Positions 12,639 through 23,692 of a stretch of DNA of 64,000 nucleotides are shown one piece after another; position 1 is the stretch's first letter, and every line of letters begins with the position of its first letter. This DNA comes from Lingula anatina. Its lineage: Eukaryota; Animalia; Brachiopoda. Location: contig CM120647.1 in assembly GCA_051362555.1 (NCBI GenBank), positions 20,622,651-20,686,650 on the forward strand, given 5' to 3'. The position numbers and the translations under genes are program-made. Under the pieces are notes generated by a model that worked only from the letters and a program-made list of their open reading frames with translations, was not told where the DNA came from and made no database searches.

Positions 12639-15600
12639 CCTCTCCCACCCTTTACCTGTCCATTCTCAGTATCCACCCTGCCGCACACACACTCCCCCAG
12701 GCTGATGATCCTGGCTGCGGTGATCCCAAACTGCATGTCAAAGAAGATCAACCCTTTCACCAGTAGCTCTACACTGATAGACTCAGTCTCCAGACACATC
12801 AGAGGGGTGAACACCACTTTCTGAGGGCCGTAGTATGGGCTTTCTGTCACTGTGTCAGTTAGCTAGGGATGAAGAATAATTTGAGGTTTTAATATAATGG
12901 TAATTATTAAGACACATCAGAGGAGTTAACACCACTTTCTGATGGCCGTAATATGGGCTTTCTGTCACTGTGTCAGTTAGCTAGGGATGAAGAATAATTT
13001 GAGATTTTAATATAATGGTAATTATTAAGACACATCAGAGGGGTGAACACCACTTTCTGGGGGACGTAGTATGGGCTTTCTGTCACTGTGTCAGTTAGCT
13101 AGGGATGAAGAATAATGAAATTTTAATATAATGGTAATTATTTAGACACATCAGAGGAGTGAACACCACTTTCTGGGGGCCGTAATATGGGCTTTCTGTC
13201 ACTGTGTCAGTTAGCTAGGGATGAAGAATAATTTGAGATTTTAATATAATGGTAATTATAAAGACACATCAGAGGGGTGAACACCACTTTCTGGGGGCCG
13301 TAATATGGGCTTTCTGTCACTGTGTCAGTTAGCTAGGGATGAAGAATAATTTGAGGATTTAATATAATGGTAATTATTTAGACACATCAGAGGAGTGAAC
13401 ACCACTTTCTGGGGGCCGTAATATGGGCTTTCTGTCACTGTGTCAGTTAGCTAGGGATGAAGAATAATTTGAGGATTTAATATAATGGTAATTATTAAGA
13501 CACATCAGAGGATCGAACACCACTTTCTGGGGGCCGTAATATGGGCTTTCTGTCACTGTGTCAGTTAGCTAGGAGGGAAGAGTTATTTGATGTTATAATA
13601 TAGAAATGAGTAAGTTTTCCCAAAATTTGTTTTGTAAGTATTAGCTTTTATTGATCATATCATACTTTGATTTATAATGTGATATTGGTATATTATGTGA
13701 TATTGGTATTGGCTTATTTATGAAATGCAGCATTGCTGCAAATTAAATGTAACAAAAATTAAAAACTAATTTTGTTATGAATCCAAAGTCTAAAAAAAAT
13801 GTTATGTTGTACTAATCAACCATTTACACTACAGCAAGAAATTTTAATAGCAAAAATGAAAAAGATAGTTGGACAAAGTGTTCATATGTAAACAAATACT
13901 TATATCAAAATGCCTTAATTATATTTTTATTTAGTACCTTAAAAACCAGAGACGCCTTCTTAATGTACCCTCCCAGAGAAAGCACCAGCAGGTCCTTCTT
14001 CTTCTTCAAGTTAAGCTCCTCCTCCTCTTCTTTAGCCTCCTCCTCTGTGGCTGTTGCCGGGGCAACCCAGGACCATGCCCATGAGGACCAACTCTCCTCA
14101 GCAGAGCCCTCTGGTGGTGTTTCCTGGGAGGTCTCTGTAAAAATACAGCTTTTGGAGTTTGGCCCAGCTATCATTATTTCAAAATGTATCATGCGATATA
14201 TATGAGCTGAAGTTCGACTAGTGGCTGTGGGATGTAATGGTCTATTAATTTTTTATAACTGAACTTGAATCACATTTTTCTTTGTGAAGCTAAAAAGTTC
14301 CTTTAGACAAACAACACTGCATCAATGTTTTGTTCTGGTTTATAAACTTATTGCTGATGGATTGGAATAACATATCTTATTGCATAACCTTCCCCCCCCC
14401 AAAAAAAAATTGATAAACAGATAAAAAATAAATAAATAATATTTAAAAACATTGTAAACAAACATTAACCATCACAGCAAGAATTCAATTTTGCCTCACC
14501 GTTCTGAACTCCTGACATATCAGCCTGACTCTCAGTTTCGCTATTTTCTCGATTCTCATCTGCAGAACCTGACGGCCCAGACGGCAGCTCTAGCGTGCCA
14601 TAGTAGAGCGCCAAAACAAGCTCGATGAGACGGAGAAACATTGGCAGCTGGGTGTCTGTGAGAGAGAAATCCAGTTTCTCGCACATAATGTGTAACATGG
14701 TGGTGGTGGGAATCTTGGCGTGCAGACTGTCATAGGTCATGTGGATCCTGTAATGAAGGAAAATTTCATTCGTTTAGTAAATTTTTCTAACATTACATTT
14801 TAAATCTGCACAAAATGACATGGTTTCTAATATTACTTCTATAAGTAGTATTAAAGGTGAACATATGCTACTGAAGAAAAATTGCCACATATCACTATTA
14901 GATATATTTCTGTGTAGCTTTTATTGAATCAAGTATTTTCTAATTGATGAAAATTAAAAAAAGAAATTAAAAACAAAGCTGGTATTTACCTGCACATCAC
15001 TGAGCACCTGTAGACCAAGGGGTCCTGATATGTCTCAATCTTTCCACTGGCATTCCTTTTATCCAAACACGCCGTCAAATCATGGAAATTAATCACCCTC
15101 CTCAGCACCAAATCTGGCTGCGCTAAATCCACAAAGGCTCTCAGCCAATCACCATCCACGCTATACACTTCTGCAGACTTGACATTCACTGACAGAACAA
15201 TGTCGTCTTCAACAAATTTCAAGATGAGGTTGTTGATGACAATGTTGACATTGTTGATGATTCTGTTCAGGATGCTTTGGAGGTAGCCCGGAGGCAGGGC
15301 CTCTGCCTCCTGCAGCTGCTTGGCCTTAATTTTTGCTTTCTTCTGGGCAAGTTGTTTACTTGAGGCGCTTGACTTCATGCTGGAGGCCTCCTCAGGGGTA
15401 GAGTCCTGGTTCAAAGAATTCAAGATGAAAAACATTATATTTTCTAAATGACGTGAAATTCTAAATTACATAAATTACCTGCCGAGAAAACACTTCTGCC
15501 ATGATATACAATGAAACTGTTATAAAAAGATGTTTAAGTTTTACAGTTTTTTCCTTTTCAAATGAAGATGTACTGATTCTAGGGAAATCATTTCTCAAAC

Positions 15601-16012
15601 ACAGCTTTTTAAGATATTTTTACAACAAATTCATGAACAAAACACAAAAAACAACGCAGCTTTTTGTTTCAAAATCCAAATAATCCTTCTCCCCCTTCCC
15701 ATCCAGCTCACTTTCTCATAGTACCCTAACCTTTATTTTCAATATACACTCCATTGTGTTAATGGTGACAACCACTGGCTCAGACCCAAGTCGTGTCCAT
15801 GGCACGTGAATTCGTAGCTCATGAATCTGACCACTGACAAAGGTGACAGGGAGGTGAATCATGCGCTCCAGTTTGTTCGTACGTAGCTCCAGCTTGTTAA
15901 GCACAATATCTCCTCCCCAGAGGGATAGCTGGAAATCTTCTGGTTTAAGCTTAACATATTTATCCAGGTATCCTAGCAACCAGGGAGTTATGTAGGATTC
16001 CAGTTTAAACAT
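1..16012 (-). CDS. VPS13B: VPS13B (Cohen syndrome protein, bridge-like lipid transfer protein), 5' part; continues beyond the left edge
   Basis: N-terminus MFKLESYITPWLLGYLDKYVKLKPEDFQLSLWGGD...IHELRIHVPWTRLGSEPVVVTINTMECILK is a Chorein_N domain of VPS13B type. Later VPS13B-like motifs: RFGAFWMDYLYTME, SLWLQWTLPK, GPFEG, EDRQFQMD, QNPALEWN. Phase-consistent exons: 15731-16012, 14990-15405, 14500-14747, 13938-14134, 12656-12862, 12169-12314, 11893-12002, 11089-11280, 10600-10781, 10063-10245, 9452-9579, 8855-9033, 8017-8136, 7498-7701, 7002-7166, 6632-6831, 5844-6069, 5329-5546, 4739-4968, 4277-4452, 3854-3968, 2698-3483, 2361-2461, 2004-2115, 1658-1751, 564-1341, <1-68. Confidence 0.95.
8183..8352. 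mobile_element. MITE family A (CAGGCC ends, 5-bp target duplication)
   Basis: CAGGCCTGTAGCCAG...CTGGCTACAGTCCTG flanked by ATCTA on both sides. Confidence 0.85.
9911..10130. repeat. Three 71-bp tandem copies of a VPS13B exon end plus splice donor
   Basis: ACCAACTTACCTTCAC(C/T)GTGG...CCATAGCACTG at 9911, 9982 and 10053. Confidence 0.95.
11208..11465. repeat. Tandem duplication (~123 bp) of a VPS13B acceptor and exon start, including an (ATACA)n microsatellite
   Basis: ATGCTGGACAGCTCCTTGTAG...GCTTGCTGTAA followed by (ATACA)n occurs at 11208 and 11331. Confidence 0.92.
11686..11865. repeat. Intronic ~30-bp minisatellite
   Basis: Repeated GTGTTAGGTGTG(A/G)CAGTGAGAGG(C/T)ATGGCA, with more degenerate copies upstream to about 11600. 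Confidence 0.85.
12572..12634. repeat. (CT)n microsatellite
   Basis: Direct inspection. Confidence 0.95.
12792..13572. repeat. Tandem array of about 7 x 118 bp copying a VPS13B splice acceptor plus the first ~71 nt of the exon
   Basis: Units start at 12792, 12910, 13028, 13144, 13262, 13380 and 13498 (AGACACATCAGAGG...GTCAGTTAGCTAGG). Confidence 0.95.
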
Positions 16013-16619
16013 GACTGCTTACTATTTCATGGAAACTGAAAAATACAAAAGTGGAATTTTTAATGAGTTATTTTAACATCAGCTATTTAATTCAATTAAG
16101 TTACAGGCCTAACTAATAACCTTGTTTATTTGTAATTAATTGGTCCATACTCTTATCTTAAAAGTGTGCGTTAAATTTTTAGGAACTGGTGATACAGACA
16201 TTTATTTCTAATGCTTATTTTATAACATTTTAGCTGTTACAGTACAAATGATAAATGTTATTACAAAAGAGGTTTATTTTAGGTTAAAATGTAGCAAGTT
16301 TATGTCTCAGTCAAACAAGATGGTTACAGGAAAATGTTAAATAATCATCATCAAAAAAAAAAAAAAATAAATAAATAAATAAATAAATTAAAAAAATAAT
16401 AATTAAATGAATGACTGTTCAAAATCTCAATCAGTCATGAATTATGTTACTTGGCTAAAATAACATTGACATATGAAACAAAACAGCCTGAAAGTTTTAT
16501 TCATACTACTATTACTAGCTAACAATATCTTAGAGCTGAACACTGTTTTAAAAATCACTTTTTGTGAACAGCAAAATGTCGACTAAATTTAAAGTCAAGC
16601 ATGAAACTGTCATTTAGTA

Positions 16620-17810
16620 AAATATCGGAAATGTGGCGTAGGGACCAGAGGGCTGCCTAGGCCAATGATATTTTGGGCTCCCAAAAAGTTAGAAATCCGC
16701 CAACAGTCGGAAAATATCTTGTGTCGAATGGCATGCCCTGGTTCGCGTTAGGAGTAACATCGTAGTAAGGTAAGTAGAACTTCACCGTGTTGTTTAAATG
16801 TGACAAGAACAAAAACCTACTTAAAATTGAATGTATTTTTAAAGATATGTACGTACCTTAGTATCTCGTTGGGTTTCAGAGTTATTGCATGCTAATTCAC
16901 ACAGCCAGCAACATTTTGTTTCCTCGTGAGCCACAACCCGGGTGCCAACACGGCGCCCGCCATTTTTGTTTTGGTGGGCTTTTACGAAAACCAAGACTGT
17001 CAAATCGTCAATTTCAACAGTAACACGTACGCTTAAACAAATTATTAATTTTCTTTGTTGCAAATATACTATTGTGACTTGTAAATATAGGATATTTACA
17101 TCATAATGCAATTCAAGACATTGTTAATATGAAATTTTTGTTTTGTTAAGCGATTAAAAAACAGAAAGTAATCCACAAAACCAATAGACTGATCTCATAT
17201 TACATCCAAATAAATCACGACCTTCACCTTGACCTCAACAGGTGCCTGGTTCCAGCATAGTCAATGTAAGGTACAGGAGACAAATCAAGTAGTTCTAGTT
17301 CTCAATTTAATGTATTTTATGGGCTTCTCTGCCCAGAAAACACTCATTATTATATCTGTTACATGTGCATAAGGGGCCTGATGTGCAATATTTACGCATT
17401 TGTGAGAAAAAGAAAAAAATCACCATTTGCACATGCTTCAGCCATTGTATGCATTATAAGTAGGCATGGACATGCTACATGTAGTTAGTCTGTGCAACTC
17501 AGAAAGTTTCTCACATTGGTGTCTATTAGTTGTCTTCGTAACATTATTACGGTTTGTCGGCTCATGGTATACGTATCGCGATGCATCTGGTAAAACGCCT
17601 CGCATGCAGAAAAGAAACCCAGTGCTATACAGCTGCATGTCTGCCGTTGATGCATGGAGATGCTTTGATAAGATGTGTTCATTTAAAGACAGTTTGCTTT
17701 GCCTTTTACAAAATTTCCTGATTTGTTATCAACGTTAAATCATTACGGTCTGTACAATAATGACTTTCGGCTCCAAATTCACTTTTTGTTGTGTTTTGCT
17801 AGGACGTGCA
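16620..17810. promoter_or_regulatory. Putative bidirectional promoter region shared by VPS13B and KDM1B
   Basis: Divergent genes whose start codons lie about 2.5 kb apart. CpG dinucleotides are visibly more frequent here than in the flanking gene bodies. CCAAT near 16662 and YY1-like CCGCCATTTT near 16957. Confidence 0.5.
16857..16990 (-). other. Probable non-coding first exon of VPS13B (5' end approximate)
   Basis: Minus-strand donor AAG|gtacgt at 16857/16856. Matching acceptor tttttcag| at 16035, just upstream of the ATG. Locally CpG-rich, with a YY1-like AAAATGGCGG motif near 16957-16966. Confidence 0.55.
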
Positions 17811-18538
17811 TTTTGTCAATTGAAATAATAGTATATATCCAGAGTTGTTTTGCAGATTTTTGTTTTCTGTTTTGTGTAATTTAATAGCAATAATAATTTC
17901 CATTATTTCCAATGGACATTCAACACAGACAGGTGCAATGTGTTTTATAAACCCTTGCACTTTTAACCTGTGTATAGTACCTAAGCAGACCTTCAGGGCA
18001 TAGAATTAATTAATTAATTGATCTTCTTCATACTGTTAAGCTTCTAACATTTTATAAACTGAAGTCATTTCTGACACAGGTTCTATTAGGTCTGATGTTG
18101 TTTTCAGATACTTAAGTCATTTTCCCCTCTGCCAAGGATGTTTTGCTTTTTATTTTGTTGGTTTGTGGGTAATTGACAGCCCAAAATGATAAGATGGATT
18201 TACGAATGGATAATTTTTTTTTGGATTTTGATAAATTTCTTGGGGGTATAAATTCCTACCCTGGTTTTAGAACCAATATGATTTTTGAAATGATCCATTG
18301 ATAAATTTATGAAATAAATAAACATATTAATTAATTAGTTAATTAACCTACTCTTCAATTAATTATTTAATCAGTTATTTAAGTAGCTACATGATGATTT
18401 ATAATCAGTTAATAAATTATAAGTCAATTAATTATTAAATCAGGTAATTAAGCTGCCTTGGTGGAGGTCTGTGTTCTCTTATATGTTTAGTTTTCCTGTC
18501 TTCCAGCTCCCAGAGTATAACTAGCATTACTGCCCACA

Positions 18539-18769
18539 ATGTCTGAGCAGCAGGCTGGCGAGAGCTCAGGGAGGGTGAGGAAGAAGTCCAGGAAATTACT
18601 GGAGGCAGAGGAGGATAATTTAGAAACAATGAAGAGGTAATAAGTGAAGTGTGTGTGTGTGTGTGTGTGTGTGTTGCATGCATGCATGTGGAATTCCCAT
18701 GTGCATATTAAGAGATGCACTTATTAGTATGCATTCTGTTTTTCACACATACACACATGCATGCATATT

Positions 18770-18822
<53 letters not shown>

Positions 18823-20120
18823 ACATTGTCCTTTTAAGATCCACATCTCCAAAGAAGTTTTAAGTGAATGACTACCATGAAAACTTTGTCTTGATGACTA
18901 TCGATTCCTATCATAAATTGATCAGGCTCTGCATCATTCTTTGCTTCAATTTAACAGTATATGTGCAACACTGCTTTATTCATATATTTCTATTTTCTTT
19001 AGTCCTCCTGCTAAAAGACAGAGAAAGAGTTTGGAGGATGGAAGAACTGCTGAAAAGACTGGCCAACCGTCGCCAGGGGATTCCCCACTGAAATCCAAAA
19101 GTGGCACGAAAAATGTCATCAAGGTCAAGAGCAAGCCCAAGTCTTTGTCTGTGGACAATAAGGAAGGGGAAAAGGAACCAGGCAAGACACCAAGAGGGAA
19201 AACTGACACCAAAGTGACAACTAAGAACAAACCCAAAGCCTCTGTTGCCATGGCTGCACCAAAACAGCAGAAGCCAAAGAAAGTGGCATCTGTGAGCGAA
19301 GAGCAGCCAAAGAAAGATCAGCCAGCATCTGACCACAACCAAGCACCATCTGTTCCTGGGGGTGAAACATCTACTGAAAGTCTTGAACTAAAGTCGAAAG
19401 CCTTTGAAAAGTCCATAAACACCAAACCAACAACTGTCCAGCCTGCTGTGGGGGATGATGTTGGAGAAATCCCACTCAAAACTAAGAAAAGAAGCAAAGT
19501 TACTCAGCCCTCCCCATCTATAAGCACTCCAAGTCCCACTGGATTGGCAAGAAAGAGGGAGAAGAAGATCAAGGCACCTGACTCGCCTGATATGGAAGGA
19601 CACAAGAAGTTGAAGAAGTGTGAAAAGGCAGGATGCCCTGCCTCCTTCATCATTTGCTTCTCTAATGCCTCTGAGAAGTAAGTTTACTATCCATTCCATC
19701 ACATTTAGTATCATGCTAAGAATAATTCAAGGTTTCTGACAGATTTCTCACAGGAAACTGTGATCCTCTTCCACTATTCTTCTCACTTTCTGGTTCTGCG
19801 ACTCGCAGGCTTAGTTTGTTGATGAAGAAATCAGGCTTTTATCTTATCTTTACTTTTTCATCATGTTTACCTCACCTGATTCTGAGGAAAATAATGGAGA
19901 GAGGTGGGAAACAGTTGAAAACAGTGAACCATGACAAATTCTTTTTGGGCAAATATTAATTGGCCTAATTGATTGCATTGTTCAAATAGAGATAAGATGA
20001 AACCATTGTATATTCTGTGTTTCAGGTGTGCTAGGAATGGTTACACATCACGCTGGTATCACATGTCACCTGGGGAACACTTCTGTAATGACTGCTTCGA
20101 TTATTTCTACAGGAGGTAAA

Positions 20121-20155
<35 letters not shown>

Positions 20156-23100
20156 ACATGTTTGTGCGCCTACATGTGTGTATCTAAGCATGTGTGAGTG
20201 TCACTGTGTGTATGTTAAATCACTTACGCTGAGTGGGTGTTGCTTGTAGAAATGAACCCCTTTTCGTGTCTGACATTTAAAAATAAGTTGAGCTGAAAAA
20301 AGTTTTCTTTCCTGAGTACGCCTCTGTGAATTAACTTTGTTTCATTTAAGCCACAAGGGCGGCTACGAAGATTTCACCAAATGGAAGCGATTCTGGTCAA
20401 CCAATGGGAAGACAGAGGCGTCATTGAAAGTTTACATGGCGGACCAGTGCTTGCCTTACTGGGTCAGGTGTAACCGATGTTCAAAATGGCGACAGCTTGG
20501 CAGCCATTGTGATTTCACCACAGAACTCGTAAAGAAGTTCGAGTGCGGGATGAATGGTCAGGGGGTGAAAGTAAGTTACCCCTTTCCTTGTGTTAGTTTG
20601 AAAAGTAGATATGAAAGTAACTTTTGTTTCAGATTTATCTGGGAATCTGGATATTTGGGAGTTGTATTTATACCCACCAGGCTCTCCATGTAAAACTGTG
20701 TGCATTTGGCACAGTTAGCACTTGTTAGAATTGTTTAAAAGTCTACTTTCATCTCTGTGTAATATAGAATGTAAATGTAAATTGTATATATGTATAATCC
20801 AGTGATAATTTATAATGTTGAAAATTATGAATAAATAGATAAATGAGTGAATAAATTATAATAAATGATGATAATAATAATTATAATATTAGTAAGAATA
20901 TTTATGATTATGAGAACTATAAAAATTATATTCTTCACTATCTGATTTTATGATCTCTTGAGTCTTAAGTAACTGCAGTACAATCAAACTGATGTGTTTT
21001 ATTCAGAAATGCATTTTCTTGTGTCCGTTTTGGATAAAATATAAATTTAGAAATTTGATTAATTTTTCTTTTTGTACTATTTTAACAAATTTTGTACTAT
21101 TTTAAATGATTTTAAATGATAAGTACAGGTATGGCTAAAGCTGGCAACTTAAACTCTACCTGATCATCAAAATTTTCACTCTTGTATTTTAACAGTTTAT
21201 TGAATTTGCTAATTATAATATTATAAATAAGCCAACAAATTTATTCCAGAAAGAGGGAAATGCAGCATGTGATGTCCTTGAAGACAAAGTGAGTTCTCAT
21301 CTCGATATACAAATTACGAGTATATTATTTCAAACATTAGATATCACTCAACTGCATTTATTGGGAGTGACTTCATGAATGGCAGGTTTTCAGCTATATT
21401 CTAACCTGCCTTTTCTCTGCCATGCACTATTAAATATAAGTCAAGCATAGTTTTAATTAATTTCTAACAGAGGAACAAGAATCTATATAAACTAATTTCT
21501 GGAACCCAAAGACCTTACTCTGAATAATGACCTGCATGGACTGGTCACCTCATTTAGTATCATACACTTAAGATATTATTTATCCTCATATCTTGAATTC
21601 ATGATTCTAATTCTTTTTTGAATGACTAAGAATGATCATTCCTCCAGTACAGAGGGTTATAGACGTATTTCAACTTGTGGATACTAAGTCAAGTGTTCCT
21701 TCTTTTAATTACAGAGAGTGTCAGAAGTATTTGAGCCTGGTTGGATCTCTACCCTTTGGAACCCCCCATACCTTGTTAACTCCCCTGCAGCCCCGTTCCT
21801 CACAGAGTACTACCCAGATGGTGTCGGGATGAGTGCTTCATCTACACAAAACAAGTCGATGAATGGGAAAAGGAAGAGAGGTACAGAATGATGCTATGCT
21901 GCACATCCATTGGTCATTTTGGAAATTGAGAAAATCTTTTCTGTCTGTTTGTTAATTAATTAATTAATTTATTTATTAACTTATTTTAAATTAAAGTTAA
22001 TAAAATTAAATTAATTTTTTTTTGTTTTTTTTTTTGGGGGGGGGAGAGTTGAGGTGTACTCTTGATCATAGAAATTCCAGTTCAGATGCTGGATGGATAC
22101 ATGTACTAGTGTGTTAAATGAATATTGGAATGTAAATGTTTACTATTTATTTGCCCAAATAAACAATATTAAATGTGGTTCAAATTTCTGATTTGGCTAA
22201 AATTATCTAACAATTTGAGGTAAGTCATATTGACCCATGTTTTAACTCTCCCAGGACTCAAGAAGCAGGGGAGTAGTGACTCTGAGAGCAGTGAGACATC
22301 CAGTGAGGAGTCCAGTCTCAATAGTAGTGGACAGTCTAAGACTGACCCCACTGGACATGACAGTGCGTATGACAATTGCGGCCATTCAGAATAGATGACC
22401 TGAGTACTAACTGATCCACCAAATAAATATGACCGACCCCATTCAAAAGAAATGCTGCTAATTCCATGATGGACTCCCCGCCTCCACACTCTCTATCACT
22501 GCAGGAGCCTAGCAATTAAACCTCATACCCGAGATTAATCTGCTTGATGGTGCATGTAGAGGCGAGGAGACCATCGGGAATCATGGGCATCATTTTTTAA
22601 TGGGGTCGGCCATATTTAGTTGGCAGATCAGCTAGTACTCGGATCAGCTATTCTGAATGGCTCTATTGTAATGTATTGGAGAGTTTTTCTTGATACAGGG
22701 TCTGGTTCTATGAGCACAAGCATGGATCATTGCTGCTCTTACTAATAAAGAATCATCACAACTTTTAACAAAGGAGACAAACAGTTTTGTCTTTCCTTTT
22801 ATGTTAAGTTCTGTGGACTGAATCTCCATTAACTTTACTGTCTGGAAGAGCAGAATGCCAATTGATGTTGACAAATAAAATAAAAATAAAAACAAACACA
22901 TTGGCAAACATGTTATAGAAGAGAGAAACTATTTCCAATTATCGCTAACAACTTTTTGTCTCTTTTTGCCTTTCTAGTTCCTGGGCAAAACCAGACCAGA
23001 AAAAAATTGTGTTTATTGGTGTGAATAATAATAAAAAATAGACATGAGTACTTCACAACATGTTACAAAGCATATAACATATATCAAATTATTATAAATA

Positions 23101-23692
23101 ACATTGTCCCTTTTCCCATGTTTAGTCCCTGGTCTGAGCCCCTACCTGAGACCCTTCTACCAACCTGAAGAGCAGCGGACAGCATGCACTGTGCGCCCAG
23201 ATGTCATGGATGACCAGGAGGTGCAGGAGTTCCCAGACTTTGCTGCGTAAGTCTTTCTTGTGAAAAGGGTCCAAAACTCAGTATGGATGATGTATTCAGT
23301 TACCCATGAGCTTAGATATAAGTTATTTTATGTTTATCTGTTCCACAGTTTAACTTATTAAAATTGGTTAAGATATGAAATTTAAGTGAAAGTAAGCAAT
23401 AGCTGTTAAAATTTTAAATTGGAGAAACCTTTAAGAATGAAGGAAGCTACACATTCAATTAAATTTTAGAATGTGAAATTAATTCCATCCGGCATTTATA
23501 GAGTCAAGTGTATTGAAAAAATATTTTGTACATTTCAAAGCCCAGCACATGTGGTTTGTTATAAATAAGATGTTGTCAGAATTTATTTGTGGTTGTGTAT
23601 TAAAGATTATTTTGTTCATACATTTCAGGGCCCAGCACATGTACCTTGGCATCAGGAACCTGGTCATAGCCATGTGGAATCTCAACATCAAG
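18539..23692 (+). CDS. KDM1B: KDM1B / LSD2 lysine-specific histone demethylase 1B, 5' part (zinc finger, CW finger, start of SWIRM)
   Basis: Spliced translation contains CEKAGC..CFSNASEKCARNGYTSRWYHMSPGEHFCNDCFDYFYRSHK, MADQCLPYWVRC..CSKWRQL, YYPDGVGMS and PFYQP..VRPDVMD..EFP..MYLGIRNLVIAMW, colinear with LSD2. Phase-consistent exons: 18539-18636, 19003-19677, 20026-20115, 20351-20570, 21250-21288, 21715-21880, 22255-22362, 23126-23246, 23629-23692 (527 codons). Amine-oxidase exons were not found in the window. Confidence 0.93.
18773..18820. repeat. (AG)n microsatellite
   Basis: Direct inspection. Confidence 0.95.
22381..22661. mobile_element. MITE family B with long inverted repeats, in a KDM1B intron
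   Basis: GCCATTCAGAATAG..GAGTACTAACTGATC..AAATATGACCGACCCCATT pairs with AATGGGGTCGGCCATATTT..GATCAGCTAGTACTC..CTATTCTGAATGGC. Confidence 0.85.

Noticed and set aside
12792-13572. CRISPR-like regular array
   Set aside because: Whole units are repeated with no unique spacers, there are no cas genes, and the context is a eukaryotic intron.
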